Shown one piece after another: positions 31,542 through 42,322 of a DNA stretch of 64,000 nt (position 1 is the first letter of the stretch; each line of letters opens with the position of its first letter). The DNA comes from a virus. The notes under the pieces were generated by a model that saw only the letters and a list, made by a program, of their open reading frames with translations, did no database searches and was not told the origin of the DNA. The position numbers and the translations under genes were made by a program. Where the stretch lies: positions 1 through 64,000 of IMG/VR virus record IMGVR_UViG_3300033149_003115. One strand, given 5' to 3'.

Positions 31542-31751
31542 GTGAAGTCCAATATCTACTTATGTTTTGATCATTATACCCATATTTGTCCTAAGATAGG
31601 AAACCATGAGATCTGTTGTTACTCTTGTCCCTATTATATTCCAGAGCTTCACAGGTGTACTAAGAGAGAAGGGTTTGGATGTATAGAAGATCCATCTAAG
31701 TGTGAATATAGAATAAAGCTAACTAAAGAATATGTAATGGAAATACTCTAG
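31542..31751 (+). CDS. Cys-rich family B protein
   Basis: IYLC...CP...CCYSCP...C...C...C; tail VMEIL. Confidence 0.65.
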   Translation: MKSNIYLCFDHYTHICPKIGNHEICCYSCPYYIPELHRCTKREGFGCIEDPSKCEYRIKLTKEYVMEIL

Positions 31752-32005
31752 AGATGAACACTAAAGATACAATATATTATTGTACAAAATACACCTATAA
31801 GCCTAATAGGTGTGTCCTACCACCGAGTATGGATACACATATTATCACCTCTTTCCTCCTAAAGAAAGAAGAATGTGTAGAGAGATTATCCTTCTCCCTC
31901 CATGATCCAAGATTAATCCCTATCTCTAAATCCCTATATGATGTTAGGTCTTAAATGTAATGATCATGAGATTTTAAAAAAGAGATAGTAGCTAAAAGAG
32001 ATATA

Positions 32006-32413
32006 GTGATCTTAGCAATGAAACACACAGGTATAAAATACAAACCTAAACACCCTCTAAGTTATACCTGGAGAGGATCCTTCATCTGGGTTGGACCATC
32101 CATAACATCTTCTCTAAGTGATCTAGAGGATCTGATGAGAAAGAGCAAGATCCAGGAGATAGAGAAAAACAGGAAGGTGATGTTGGCTTATAAGAGGATG
32201 TACTCTAAGACTGCTATTTGTCATTCTATTATAGGATCTAGCTCTCTTATAGTTCTACTATCCCTCTTGTTGATAGGGGTACTAGAATCTTTAGCTTTGT
32301 TACCCCTTGTTCTCCTTAGTATCTTTAGGATTATCGAGAGCTATTCTGATTACACAGATAAGAAAGATAAGTATGAGCAATCTCTTAAGAGCTTTGTGAT
32401 AGAGGATATTTAA
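32006..32413 (+). CDS. membrane protein with shared C-terminal tail (VIEDI)
   Basis: two hydrophobic helices near the C-terminus. Confidence 0.55.
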   Translation: MILAMKHTGIKYKPKHPLSYTWRGSFIWVGPSITSSLSDLEDLMRKSKIQEIEKNRKVMLAYKRMYSKTAICHSIIGSSSLIVLLSLLLIGVLESLALLPLVLLSIFRIIESYSDYTDKKDKYEQSLKSFVIEDI

Positions 32414-32415
32414 AC

Positions 32416-32486
32416 GATCATAGTGAGATTAGTTAAGCTTTGTTCCGTTAGGCTCGGCTTCGCTAGGTTAAGTTAGGTTAAGTTTA
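32416..32486 (+). ncRNA. pentamer-repeat unit 4 (detached candidate guide RNA)
   Basis: TCATAG leader, then 12/12 G[ACT]T-NN pentamers from 32427; intergenic. Confidence 0.7.
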
Positions 32487-32551
32487 ATATCACTAAATGC
32501 CGATACTATCGTTATATCCTGATAATAGATTAATAAGAGGTGTATTTAGAA

Positions 32552-33127
32552 ATGGGTACCAGAGGATTATATGGATTCTATAAGAATGGGATAACCAAGG
32601 CTACATACAACCACTGGGATAGTTACCCAGAGGGGTTAGGGCTAGATCTACTGGAGGAGCTGAGAGAATACACTATAGAGCAGCTCAATGAAACATTTGA
32701 CAGGATAATCCTGGTATCTGAGTCATCAAAAGCTACTGATGAGCAAATAGAGGAGTGTAAGAGGTATCTGGATCTCTCAGTGTCTACTAGATCCTCTAAT
32801 GACTGGTACTGTCTCCTACGTCAGGCTCAAGGTAGCCTGAGACCATGGGTGAAGGATGGACTAAGGTATATGATCGATAATGCCTCTTTCATTAGAGACA
32901 GCTTATTCTGTGAGTGGGCTTATATAATTAATCTAGATACCAATGAGCTTGAAGTGTGGAAAGGGTTTCAGCGTTTACCTGTCAAGAGCAGATATTATGA
33001 TCATAGATCTCCTGTCCATGGGTATTATCCATGTGTCCTGGTCAAGAGGTACAAGCTGGATAGTCTACCTTCTAATGAGAAGTTCCTGGAGGACATGAAA
33101 GTAGTAGAAATGATAGAGGATCTCTAG
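32552..33127 (+). CDS. phage-type hypothetical protein
   Basis: MGTRG...YNHWDSYPEGLG...CEWAYIINLD pattern typical of viral hypotheticals; tail MIEDL. Confidence 0.65.
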   Translation: MGTRGLYGFYKNGITKATYNHWDSYPEGLGLDLLEELREYTIEQLNETFDRIILVSESSKATDEQIEECKRYLDLSVSTRSSNDWYCLLRQAQGSLRPWVKDGLRYMIDNASFIRDSLFCEWAYIINLDTNELEVWKGFQRLPVKSRYYDHRSPVHGYYPCVLVKRYKLDSLPSNEKFLEDMKVVEMIEDL

Positions 33128-33129
33128 TC

Positions 33130-36100
33130 TTGAGGACCATGACATGTGCTCATTGTGGTAGGCAGTTCACTTGTAGTGGTAAATGCCAGAGGATCAGTCC
33201 CTACACATCCACTCTTTGCTCTTGTCTGGACTGTAGGATCAAGTTCTTAGTCAACTGTGAAATAGAACGATTCTCAGTCCTTCTAAAGGATATTCTAGAG
33301 ATCTATTCCACATGCTATGATCTTAGTGTAGAAGAGCTAAAGAAGAGATATATTATGTGTCTTATTTAGAGGACTATATCTAATGAAAGACACTAAATGC
33401 TTTAGATGTGGTAAAACATTCAAATGTACTAAAGATTGTACTCATAAACCATTCACATTCTTACCAGAGAACTCTGAACTTGAAACTGTTTGTATATGTC
33501 TAGATTGTAGAATAGAAGATTATCTTGAGCTTAGATCTAAGGCATGGGCATTACAAAGAGGTAAAACACCTTCATTTTTGGAATATAGCTTTTTTATTAA
33601 AGGATGTGTTAGCTGTTATAACATACCTGAAGAAGAAGTAAAGAAGAGGATATTGATAGACACGCTATGAGGTAAACACATGAAGAGGATGAAGTGTGCT
33701 AGCTGTGGAATAGAATTTGAGTGTACTCGTTTTTGTAGTCACTTACTCCCCTTTAGAGAAACTTGTTTATGTCTTAAATGTCAGATACGTTTACAAAAGA
33801 ATGTAGTAGGAGAAATTCTAGAGCTATATGGAGGACTAGGAGCTGATGATGAATATATCAGACGATGCTTTAATTTAAGTAGAGAGGAGCTAAAGAAGCT
33901 AAAGGTCATAGAAACATTATAAATGGGATAACAAATGATATGTTGGAACTGTGGTAAATCATTTGAGTGTACTAAGTATTGTCAATCTAAGCTTGATCCA
34001 GTTGAATATTGTCTATGCATGGAATGTCAGATCAAGATATTGAACTCTCCAAAAGAAGGATATATTTTTATCCCTAGGACATATTCTCCAATAGAGGTAG
34101 AGGATATCATGAGGTGTTTCGATCTATCCAGGACTGATCTAGAGAAGCTCCAGGTGATACATCTCTTATGATCTACACTTCTCGATGTGTCAGATGTGGT
34201 AAGATCTTTAAGTGTACTAAGAGATGTACTTTGTCACCTGAGGTACCTTATGGTTGTATATGTCTGAAATGTAGGTTAGAGGAGATCAAGAAGAACATAG
34301 ATCCCTATAGGATGATAGGGAAGCTGGATAGCATACTAGACTTATACTCATCCTGCTATGATGTCCCTCTTGATACTATGAAGAAGCTCTTCTTTATCAG
34401 CTATTTGTAGGGAATAACCTTGTATAAGATGAAACATGTCAACTGGGATAAGGTATTTGAATATACCAGGTTCTGTGATCCTATGATTTCTAGCTCTTAT
34501 CATCCTAGAGAAATTTTAGAAGGGAGCGTAGACAGGTGTTTGTGTTTAAGTGTCAAATCAGATATTTTAGAACCTATACTAAGGAGCTGTTTTGGTCTTT
34601 CTAAGAAAAAGTGTAAAGAGCCTATTATTGATAGAGGATTTATAGATTGACTAAAGTAATCTGTGCTAGATGTGGTAAGGAGTTCAAATGTGAGGGAATA
34701 TGTCCTTCTTTCTCATTATCCCCTCAAAATAGGTGTATCTGTTTAGAATGTAGGCTAAAAAACTTCCCTTATTATAGCGATAATTTCTATTTCTTTGGTA
34801 AGGAGTACACCAAGAAATGTTTTAATCTAAGTGAAGAGGAGATCTCTAAGCTACTAATAATCTATAGTTTATAGAGTGATCATATTTGGGAGAATAAGGT
34901 TATATGTTCTCAATGATCTTTTTGATAGTATACACTTTGTGATTATATCATGATAGTTAGATGTTTAGACTGTGGTAGAGTCATCAAGTGTACCAGATCA
35001 TGTCATAAGATCAAAAGTCTGAAGGGGAGAGATCTGGTATTTTGCTATTGCTCAGACTGTCTAATGAAGCAGCTAGATAAGCTTTCAAGATATTCAGATA
35101 GAAGCTCCAAGCTCTCTGAGTCTGACTTGAATGATATTCTAGACAGGTTAGAAAGATGCTTTGAGATGGACAAGAGCGAAATAGACAAGATCCTAATCCT
35201 TTATTCCTTATAGCAATATTTAAGAGATGAGGTGGATGAAGAAGCCTAAAGTAGTGAGGGTTAAGCCTAAGCTTAAGCTAGAGAGCTCAATGTCTGGATA
35301 CATTATCTATCTATGTGATGATCTGGGAAATGAGATATGGACTGAGCTATTTAAGGATGTGAAAGAGGCTACCACTATATACAATGTCCTCTCTGAGGTC
35401 CTGCTATCCCTTAGACTTAACTCATTTCATATCATGAGATCCACATAGAGGGTTTTAGCTTGGATATTAAACATGTTTGTGAGTTTGAAGCATCTGGTGG
35501 ACTATGCTGGCTAAAGGGTCTTAGGGTATGTAATGAAATAGACTATACCAAGTGTAAGACACGTAAAGCTGGACTGATCGTCTGTGAGCTATAGGTGTTA
35601 GATCTTGATAAGAGTCTGCTCCAAGTGTGGTGTTGAGTTCGTGTGCAATGGAGAGTGTCCTCAATATAGAATGTTTGGTCCTTCTTGTATCTGTCTAAGA
35701 TGTAGACTAGTCTTACTCAAAACATGGAAAGAGTATTTTAATCTAGGCTATTCTTACCTGATGAGGATACTTAAAATAGAAGAGTGTTTTAACCTGGATG
35801 ATATTGAAATAAAGAAGATCTTGCTAACAGAGCTACTTTAGGAGGAAGACATTAAATTGATACCTGTATGTAAGAACTGTGGAAGCTCAAATATACTGGT
35901 CAAGTGGGTACGTAAGTCAGAGAAATCAGATATTGTCTCGTTTGAGAAGTATGCTAATAAACTACTAGAGGAGAGGAAGAACACCAAGCATGATATTGGA
36001 TCTCTCTATTCATCAACCATTTCCTACCCCTTCCCATCTCTCGGATCAGTGCCTGATCCCATCACTAATTACGCTCAGCTGGTCCTGACTTGTAAGAACT

Positions 36101-36385
36101 GTGGATACACTATAGTGATCAACATCGATAGCTGGCTAGTGGCTAATGACATCTGAAGTAGAGACAACGAAGACAAGATGTCTAAGATGTGGTAAGGAGT
36201 TCAGATGTACCAGGCACATAGCATCCATATGTAGAGATATCTCAGCTTGTATCTGCTTTGATTGTAGTGTTCCTCTCCTCTTGGAGCAGGGGATTAGTCT
36301 TCATAGTATAATATCAAGCTGTGTAGAGTGTTATGATGTTTCACCAGAGGAGGTTAAAAAGAAGATAGTCATCTCTTCCCTTTAA
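33130..36385 (+). other. cluster of Cys-rich family A genes (33130, 33383, 33680, 33935, 34168, 34647, 34950, 35605, 36146) with interspersed small ORFs
   Basis: each has CxxCGxx[F/I]xC...C...CxCxxC...C[Y/F] and a terminal amphipathic helix ending in L/I. Confidence 0.8.
34420..34645 (+). pseudogene. decayed family A paralog
   Basis: Cys ligands replaced (HVNW, FEY); removing one A from the A5 run at 34606-34610 restores the tail CFGLSKKSVKSLLLIEDL*. Confidence 0.6.
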
Positions 36386-36396
36386 GGTGAAGTTCT

Positions 36397-37584
36397 ATGA
36401 TACCTCGTGAGATCCTTTATGATATAAGAGAGGGTATGAAGAATAAGTCATTACCAAAGGCTATCTCAATAATAGCTCAGAGACTACACTTAGGATCTGG
36501 GGATTATAAGAGATTCTCCCATTCTATCAATGGTCATAAGTGGAGAGGTATCATATATTACAAGAGAAATAGCCTACTAGGAACTATATTCTCATACTTT
36601 GATAGTAAGCCATTGGTGATCAAGGGATATCCTAAGATACGTTACTCAGAGGTATCCAGAGTTAGAGACAAGGAGTGTTATCTAGAGGCTAAGTACGATG
36701 GCACCAACCTGGGGTTCTGGATGTTCCCTGATGGTACTCTAATGGGTAAAACCAGGTTTGTAGAGCGTTATGATCGTCCAGGATACGAGGGTAGGAGATG
36801 GAGTGAGCTCATTAGTGACACTGGATACATGGATCAGATAGCCAAGCTATGTAAGGATGATTATTCCCCATTTGGTGAGCTTTATGGATACAGGAACCCA
36901 GGTGAGTTTATCAGGTACTCCACTCCCATAGACATCAAGTTCTTTGAGGTGTGTGATCTGAGGACCATGGAGTGGATAGAATACAATAGAAAAATAAAGC
37001 TACTAGAGAGCTATGGTCTCAGACCAGTGGAGCTATACTGGCATGGAGTACTATCATTAAAAGAAATAGCCAGGTTAGAATATGAAGCTAAGCAATATGT
37101 CTGCTTGGATGGTATGGAAGGGTATGTAGCAAAGTGGTATAGCTCAGAGGATAGAGAGACTTACATGGCTAAGCTCAAGTGTGATGACATCAAGGAGAGA
37201 GCATGGGGTTTATCTCCCAGATCCACCATCCCAAGATCCGTGATCTCCAAGGCTGTCAAGAAGGCTCTTGATAATAGATCCAGCTTTAGTACCTTGAAAG
37301 AGGTGGAGGACTTTGTTAGAGAGGAATTGTTGGAGGAGGCTACCAAAGAGCTGGTTAATAGAGTGGATAAGAAGATCAAGAGGATAGTGAAAGGAGCCTT
37401 TGGTAATATTGAAGATCAAAAGAAGATATGGGACTACTTTGAGGAGCTAGAGTCCATGGGTGTTTCTATTGATAATAAGAATAAGATCCTCTCTCTAGCA
37501 GCTAGTGTCTTTAAGGACATCAACCCAAGTGAGCTCTACAGAGCATATTGTGGATATCTGGCTATTAGAGAAATTAGAAGGTAA
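36397..37584 (+). CDS. ATP-dependent RNA ligase family nucleotidyltransferase
   Basis: motif I EAKYDGTN, FGELYG, IKFFEV, EGYVAK, MAKLK. Confidence 0.8.
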   Translation: MIPREILYDIREGMKNKSLPKAISIIAQRLHLGSGDYKRFSHSINGHKWRGIIYYKRNSLLGTIFSYFDSKPLVIKGYPKIRYSEVSRVRDKECYLEAKYDGTNLGFWMFPDGTLMGKTRFVERYDRPGYEGRRWSELISDTGYMDQIAKLCKDDYSPFGELYGYRNPGEFIRYSTPIDIKFFEVCDLRTMEWIEYNRKIKLLESYGLRPVELYWHGVLSLKEIARLEYEAKQYVCLDGMEGYVAKWYSSEDRETYMAKLKCDDIKERAWGLSPRSTIPRSVISKAVKKALDNRSSFSTLKEVEDFVREELLEEATKELVNRVDKKIKRIVKGAFGNIEDQKKIWDYFEELESMGVSIDNKNKILSLAASVFKDINPSELYRAYCGYLAIREIRR

Positions 37585-37897
37585 GTAGCTTGATACATGA
37601 AATTACTAATAGAGTGTTAAGGAAATATGATGATTGTGAAATAAAGGAGCTCACTCCTTCATGTTCTGTGATAGTATTCCCTGGGTTCAGGCTTATAATC
37701 AAAGCCACCTTTGATTATAGTGTTTACTTGGAGATATCCTTCAAATCTAATCTTAAGATATACCTCGATTGTAATCTAGAGGTCTATTCAAAAGTCCTTG
37801 AACGTAACGCTAAGATGAATGATATACTAACATTCATAGATAAAGTCAGGTCTTTTATGGAGAAGACGATCCTGGTTAACACCTTATAGGGATAAAC

Positions 37898-38665
37898 ATG
37901 AGGTCTCCAGATAGAATGTTTAATCTACAATGTAGAAATAGCTACTTCCTATCTCAGATCTTGCCTGGCATGGATGTCATTACTAACACTCCAGAGACAC
38001 CCTATGAGAAGAACTCCATTATCCATAAGAATATCCTATTATATGCCACTCAGGGGAGTGGTAAGACAGAGACCATTAGATCTTTAGTAGAGGAGATAGT
38101 AAACAAGTATGGGAAGGATAATGTTAATGCAGTTATCTCTAGTGGATCTAATAGCCTAGAGGATCTAATGGTGTTTGGACTAGATAACAAGCTGATACAG
38201 GTCCAGGTAGCTGATGACTTCACTCTACAAGAAGTCCCTAAGGAAGTGATCAAAGCTTACTTCAAGATCAGACATATATGGTATAAGAGGATCAAAAGAC
38301 CTTTTGGATATATTCTAAGCATATTCTCACTACACAGATTTCACTCTGGAGCTAAAGAGATCAGGAGCACAGCTGATGCTGTGTTAATAAGAGACGATAG
38401 CCTCAACCCTTATGATCACTCAGTCATCAAGGGGTTCATAGGAGAGTATGGACTAGAGGATCTACACTTCATAGAAGAGAACAGGGATCTCCATCCTGTC
38501 CTCAAGAGCTACTCTATATTTGCCACCAGGACTAAAAGAGTTGGATTAGTATATTTCCCTCTAGCATCCAAGAATCACCTTAGAGAGATATCTCCTATCA
38601 AGAGCAAATACACTAATATTGAACAACGTAAGCTAATAAGGAACTGTCTTTACGGTGATATATGA
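37898..38665 (+). CDS. P-loop NTPase of unknown function
   Basis: ILLYATQGSGKT; QVQVADD as possible Walker B. Confidence 0.6.
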   Translation: MRSPDRMFNLQCRNSYFLSQILPGMDVITNTPETPYEKNSIIHKNILLYATQGSGKTETIRSLVEEIVNKYGKDNVNAVISSGSNSLEDLMVFGLDNKLIQVQVADDFTLQEVPKEVIKAYFKIRHIWYKRIKRPFGYILSIFSLHRFHSGAKEIRSTADAVLIRDDSLNPYDHSVIKGFIGEYGLEDLHFIEENRDLHPVLKSYSIFATRTKRVGLVYFPLASKNHLREISPIKSKYTNIEQRKLIRNCLYGDI

Positions 38666-38880
38666 TGAGCAAGGAAATAGTCAGAGTATGTAAGATATGT
38701 GGAAGGAGATGGAAGTGTGTCCCTAGACGAGTCAACAGGAGTGAGCTTTGTACTAAGGATTGTATCCAAGTCTGCTTCAGCTGCTTCACCCCTACTAATG
38801 GTCTAAAGAAAGAGGATGTTATAAACTCTAGATGTTACAAGCTAGAGGATTTCAAGTACAAGATCAGCTCCCTGATATGA
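38662..38880 (+). CDS. Cys-rich family A-like protein
   Basis: CKICGRRWKC...C...CFSC...RCY, tail ISSLI. Confidence 0.6.
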   Translation: MMSKEIVRVCKICGRRWKCVPRRVNRSELCTKDCIQVCFSCFTPTNGLKKEDVINSRCYKLEDFKYKISSLI

Positions 38881-40055
38881 GGTGACATCTTTGAACTGTC
38901 CATATAGGTACAAGGTAGAAGGTGATCCCTGGAGGTATTGTGGCTATTATAAGAAGGAGAAAGTAATATGTGGATGTGAGGGGTATGAGGATGATTGTAT
39001 TATTCTAAAGAAGGAGATAGAAAAGAATGACTAAAGTACTCTATCCATCATGTAGTGAGCTAGTCACTCATCTGTACATCACTGATATAGAGGAGATCAG
39101 AAAGGCTCTAAGAGAGATCACCAGGATCACTGGGTACAAGGTGGGGGTATATGCTTATGTCACAAAGTACACAGATATCCCTCTCAACTCCAGACTTGGA
39201 GTTAGTACTAGAAAGGTGTACCTGGAGGTTGACATTGGCAAGGTTCAGCTCGTGAACACCAGTTATGGAGATGTTAAACTGGGAATAGACCTGAGCTCTC
39301 TATCCTCAAGAGACAAGAGAAAGATAGGGAACAAAAAATCAGATGATCTATGGCTAGTGTTATACAACCCTAACAAGAAGGATCATCTAAGGATCACCTT
39401 ACATGATAGCTACTGCTCAGCCTATGGACTAACCTTTGAATGTGAGCAGCATTGTTGCACTCTTAATTACCCAGCATTTGCAAAGATAATACAACACTTT
39501 GGATCTATTTATCATGCTCATGATGGAGGTAGCCCTTATGAGTTTGAAGACTGGTGTAAGAGGAATGATCTGGATGATGTCTTGGAACATGGATCCTATT
39601 AGAGGAATATTTAATGAGTGATCTAGTAGATTTCATAGTATGGTTGAAGAAGAAAGAGAACAAGGAGATATCATCCTCTCTAGTAAGAAGTATAGGATAT
39701 TATGTGTATAGATTCCTAGAGGAACAATATAAGGAGAAAGATCAGAGTGTCAAAGACAGGACAGCTAATTGAGATATCCAATATCTTAGTTAGAAAGAAA
39801 GGATTTACTATAAGATCTTTGAACCGTGAGGAGTCTAAGTTAAAATATAAAACCATAGATCTAAGGATCACCTGTGAGTACTCAGGGCTTAGCTTGGAAA
39901 TGGAAATGGGCTCCAAGATAGCTAATAATAACAAAACCATTCTATCCCTTACATGTTCTAGTATATTTGGTGTGGTTAAGGTTCTTGAATGGGTAGATGA
40001 AGCTCTTAGAATACTAACCAAGGTAGCTGTTATAGATGAGCTTTAGGGAATTACC

Positions 40056-40557
40056 TTGATCTGTATAAGCTGTGGTAAAGAGTTCAATTGTGACTCTAAA
40101 TATAGACTACATTGTACATTCTACGAGACAGGCGAGTGTTATTGTCCTTCTTGCGATATTGAGCTCCATTATTCTGAAAGCAATATATCGAGCTTAGAAC
40201 CTAGAGAGGTAGATATCCTCTTTGAACAATATGTCCTACATCATGTTAGGTGTTATGGGTCTAAGAGTCTTATCAAATATTCAGATAAAATATTACATCT
40301 TTATTTTAAAGGGAGGAATAATGTTTAAACATCTTTGCTTAGAATGTAACAAAGAGTTCCAATGTACTGGAGAAGGATGTACATCTTATTTTCCTTATAT
40401 CTCAACATGTCCTTGTTACAAATGTTTTCTGGAGATTAACAAGAGCTTGATATTAAATCCTGACTTAGCTGGATTTGTTAGAGAACAGTTTATTCTATGT
40501 TATGGTGAGTCTAAAGTACATTATTTTGATAGATATTTAGTACGGGAGACCTTGTAA
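40056..40557 (+). other. two Cys-rich family A genes (40056-40328, 40321-40557)
   Basis: CxxCxKEFxC...CxCxxC...CYG; second starts at ATG 40321, tail VRETL. Confidence 0.7.
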
Positions 40558-41366
40558 TGTATCCTAAAGTATTATCTTTACATTGTACTAATCAATGTAA
40601 TCTAAGATGTAGATTCTGTTATATACCCAAAAATAAGAGATCTAAACCATTGAATTGGTTCTTGGATATTCCATCTGTAGCTAGAGACATAGGGATAGAA
40701 CAGATAGCCATAGGTGGAGGGGAGGTGACCTTATTCCCCAAGTTCCTAACCAAGCTAGCTAAGAGGTGTGTAGAGAATGATATTATACCCAACCTCACCA
40801 CCAATGGGATCAAGTTCGATCCATCCAAAATAGATACCAGCTTGTTTGGAGTGATATCCTTTAGCTTGGACTCTTACAAGATGTCTCATCTAAGCTATCA
40901 CCATCTGAGACGTATCATATCTAGTATCCAGAAATATCCTGACAGAGATCATAAGCCTAAAATCGGGATTAACTATTTACTCCTTAACAAGAGATCTCTA
41001 TACCAGCTTCCTCTGGTGATCAGATCTCTTGATGATATTGTGGACAGCTGGTACATCTTACATCTTAAATATCACCCAGTGGACTATAAGAGGAAAGACC
41101 TTGAGGGTGTCCTATACCTTCTTTCCCCTTTCCTTAGAGACAAACTACTGGTGGATGATTCTATTCAGGTCATCCTGGGTAAGAAGGAGATCTGTAATAG
41201 AGGTAGAGATCTGGTTAGTATAGATCCAAGTGGAAATGTCAAACCCTGCTCTTTTGACTCTTCCATAGGTTACTTGAATGATCCTAGAGATCTTAAAGAC
41301 ATAGTAAACATGTACTATCCTATGATGTTTGATGATAATAGGTGTCCTTATATTGTCTACAAATAG
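40557..41366 (+). CDS. radical SAM protein
   Basis: CNLRCRFC, IAIGGGE, LTTNG, SFSLD, C-terminal GNVKPC. Confidence 0.9.
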   Translation: MYPKVLSLHCTNQCNLRCRFCYIPKNKRSKPLNWFLDIPSVARDIGIEQIAIGGGEVTLFPKFLTKLAKRCVENDIIPNLTTNGIKFDPSKIDTSLFGVISFSLDSYKMSHLSYHHLRRIISSIQKYPDRDHKPKIGINYLLLNKRSLYQLPLVIRSLDDIVDSWYILHLKYHPVDYKRKDLEGVLYLLSPFLRDKLLVDDSIQVILGKKEICNRGRDLVSIDPSGNVKPCSFDSSIGYLNDPRDLKDIVNMYYPMMFDDNRCPYIVYK

Positions 41367-41390
41367 ATCAAGATTCATATCAGGTGACTA

Positions 41391-41411
41391 TAGTGGGACA
41401 TCCTCCCACTA
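41391..41411. repeat. dispersed palindrome TAGTGGGA-N5-TCCCACTA
   Basis: perfect 8-bp arms, intergenic. Confidence 0.7.
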
Positions 41412-41457
41412 TTGTAAATATGCCCAATGGTTAGAGTGCTCTTAGAGAGAATGTCTG

Positions 41458-41646
41458 ATGTCTAAAATACTGGAGATAGGAGACAAATGTCCTGATCATA
41501 TCCGTGTATCATGTATCCCAGGATGCTATTGCTGTAAATGTAATCTCCATGAGAGGGTGTGTATTCATTGTCCTTGGGAGATCATATCAAGGTTCCCTCA
41601 TGAGTTCTCTAAGATAGCCAGGCTAAAGCTAATAAATGAGCTATAA
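41458..41646 (+). CDS. Cys-rich family C protein
   Basis: LEIGDKCPDHI...VCIHCPW...FPHEF...tail LINEL. Confidence 0.7.
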   Translation: MSKILEIGDKCPDHIRVSCIPGCYCCKCNLHERVCIHCPWEIISRFPHEFSKIARLKLINEL

Positions 41647-41775
41647 CCTGAGCAATGATATCACATCTAGAAAATCAGAAAAGACCTGGAATGATGTTAT
41701 AAATTTATAACATCTTTTATTTTTATAGAATCATTATAGCTTAAATACCAGATAAGATAAATAAAGAAGGACTGA

Positions 41776-42255
41776 ATGGAGAAGAACAAGATGAGACTCT
41801 CATTAGATGATTTTGTATTCTATTTCTGCTCTATTGCTCTGTTGATAACAACCACTGTTATCATCCCACTCTCTGTATTCACAACTCAATACACCATCAC
41901 AACCATAGAATACTACGAGATATACAGGGTAACATGTCCATTTGGAGTATGGCATATATCTAGTGAAGGTACAGCTCTTTTCTTTTTAACCTCTTTTAGT
42001 ATTGATATGAGGGAGTCTTATGTGATCAAGTATTTTGATGAGAACAGACACCTCAAGACATCTATCCTTGATTCTAGAGAAGCTGATATAGTCATAGACG
42101 GAACTTTCAGATTAGAGAGGGTAACTACAACTCAATATTATAACCTTCTATTTTTATTCCCTGATATCCTAACACACGAGGTTAAGTGGATCATCCATTT
42201 ACCTTACTTACCTAAAGTTAATAACACCATGACTGAGGATTGGATATATCCATAA
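41776..42255 (+). CDS. membrane-anchored hypothetical protein
   Basis: N-terminal TM helix. Confidence 0.55.
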   Translation: MEKNKMRLSLDDFVFYFCSIALLITTTVIIPLSVFTTQYTITTIEYYEIYRVTCPFGVWHISSEGTALFFLTSFSIDMRESYVIKYFDENRHLKTSILDSREADIVIDGTFRLERVTTTQYYNLLFLFPDILTHEVKWIIHLPYLPKVNNTMTEDWIYP

Positions 42256-42322
42256 ATATTTAGAATATGAGGAGGAGTAGAACCTGAATAGAGAAGATAA
42301 GAAAATAGACAATATCCTCTTA

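Noticed and set aside
33130-36385. Diversity-generating retroelement as the source of paralog variability
   Set aside because: No reverse transcriptase in the window and no near-identical template/variable repeat pair differing at adenines; paralogs are diverged throughout.
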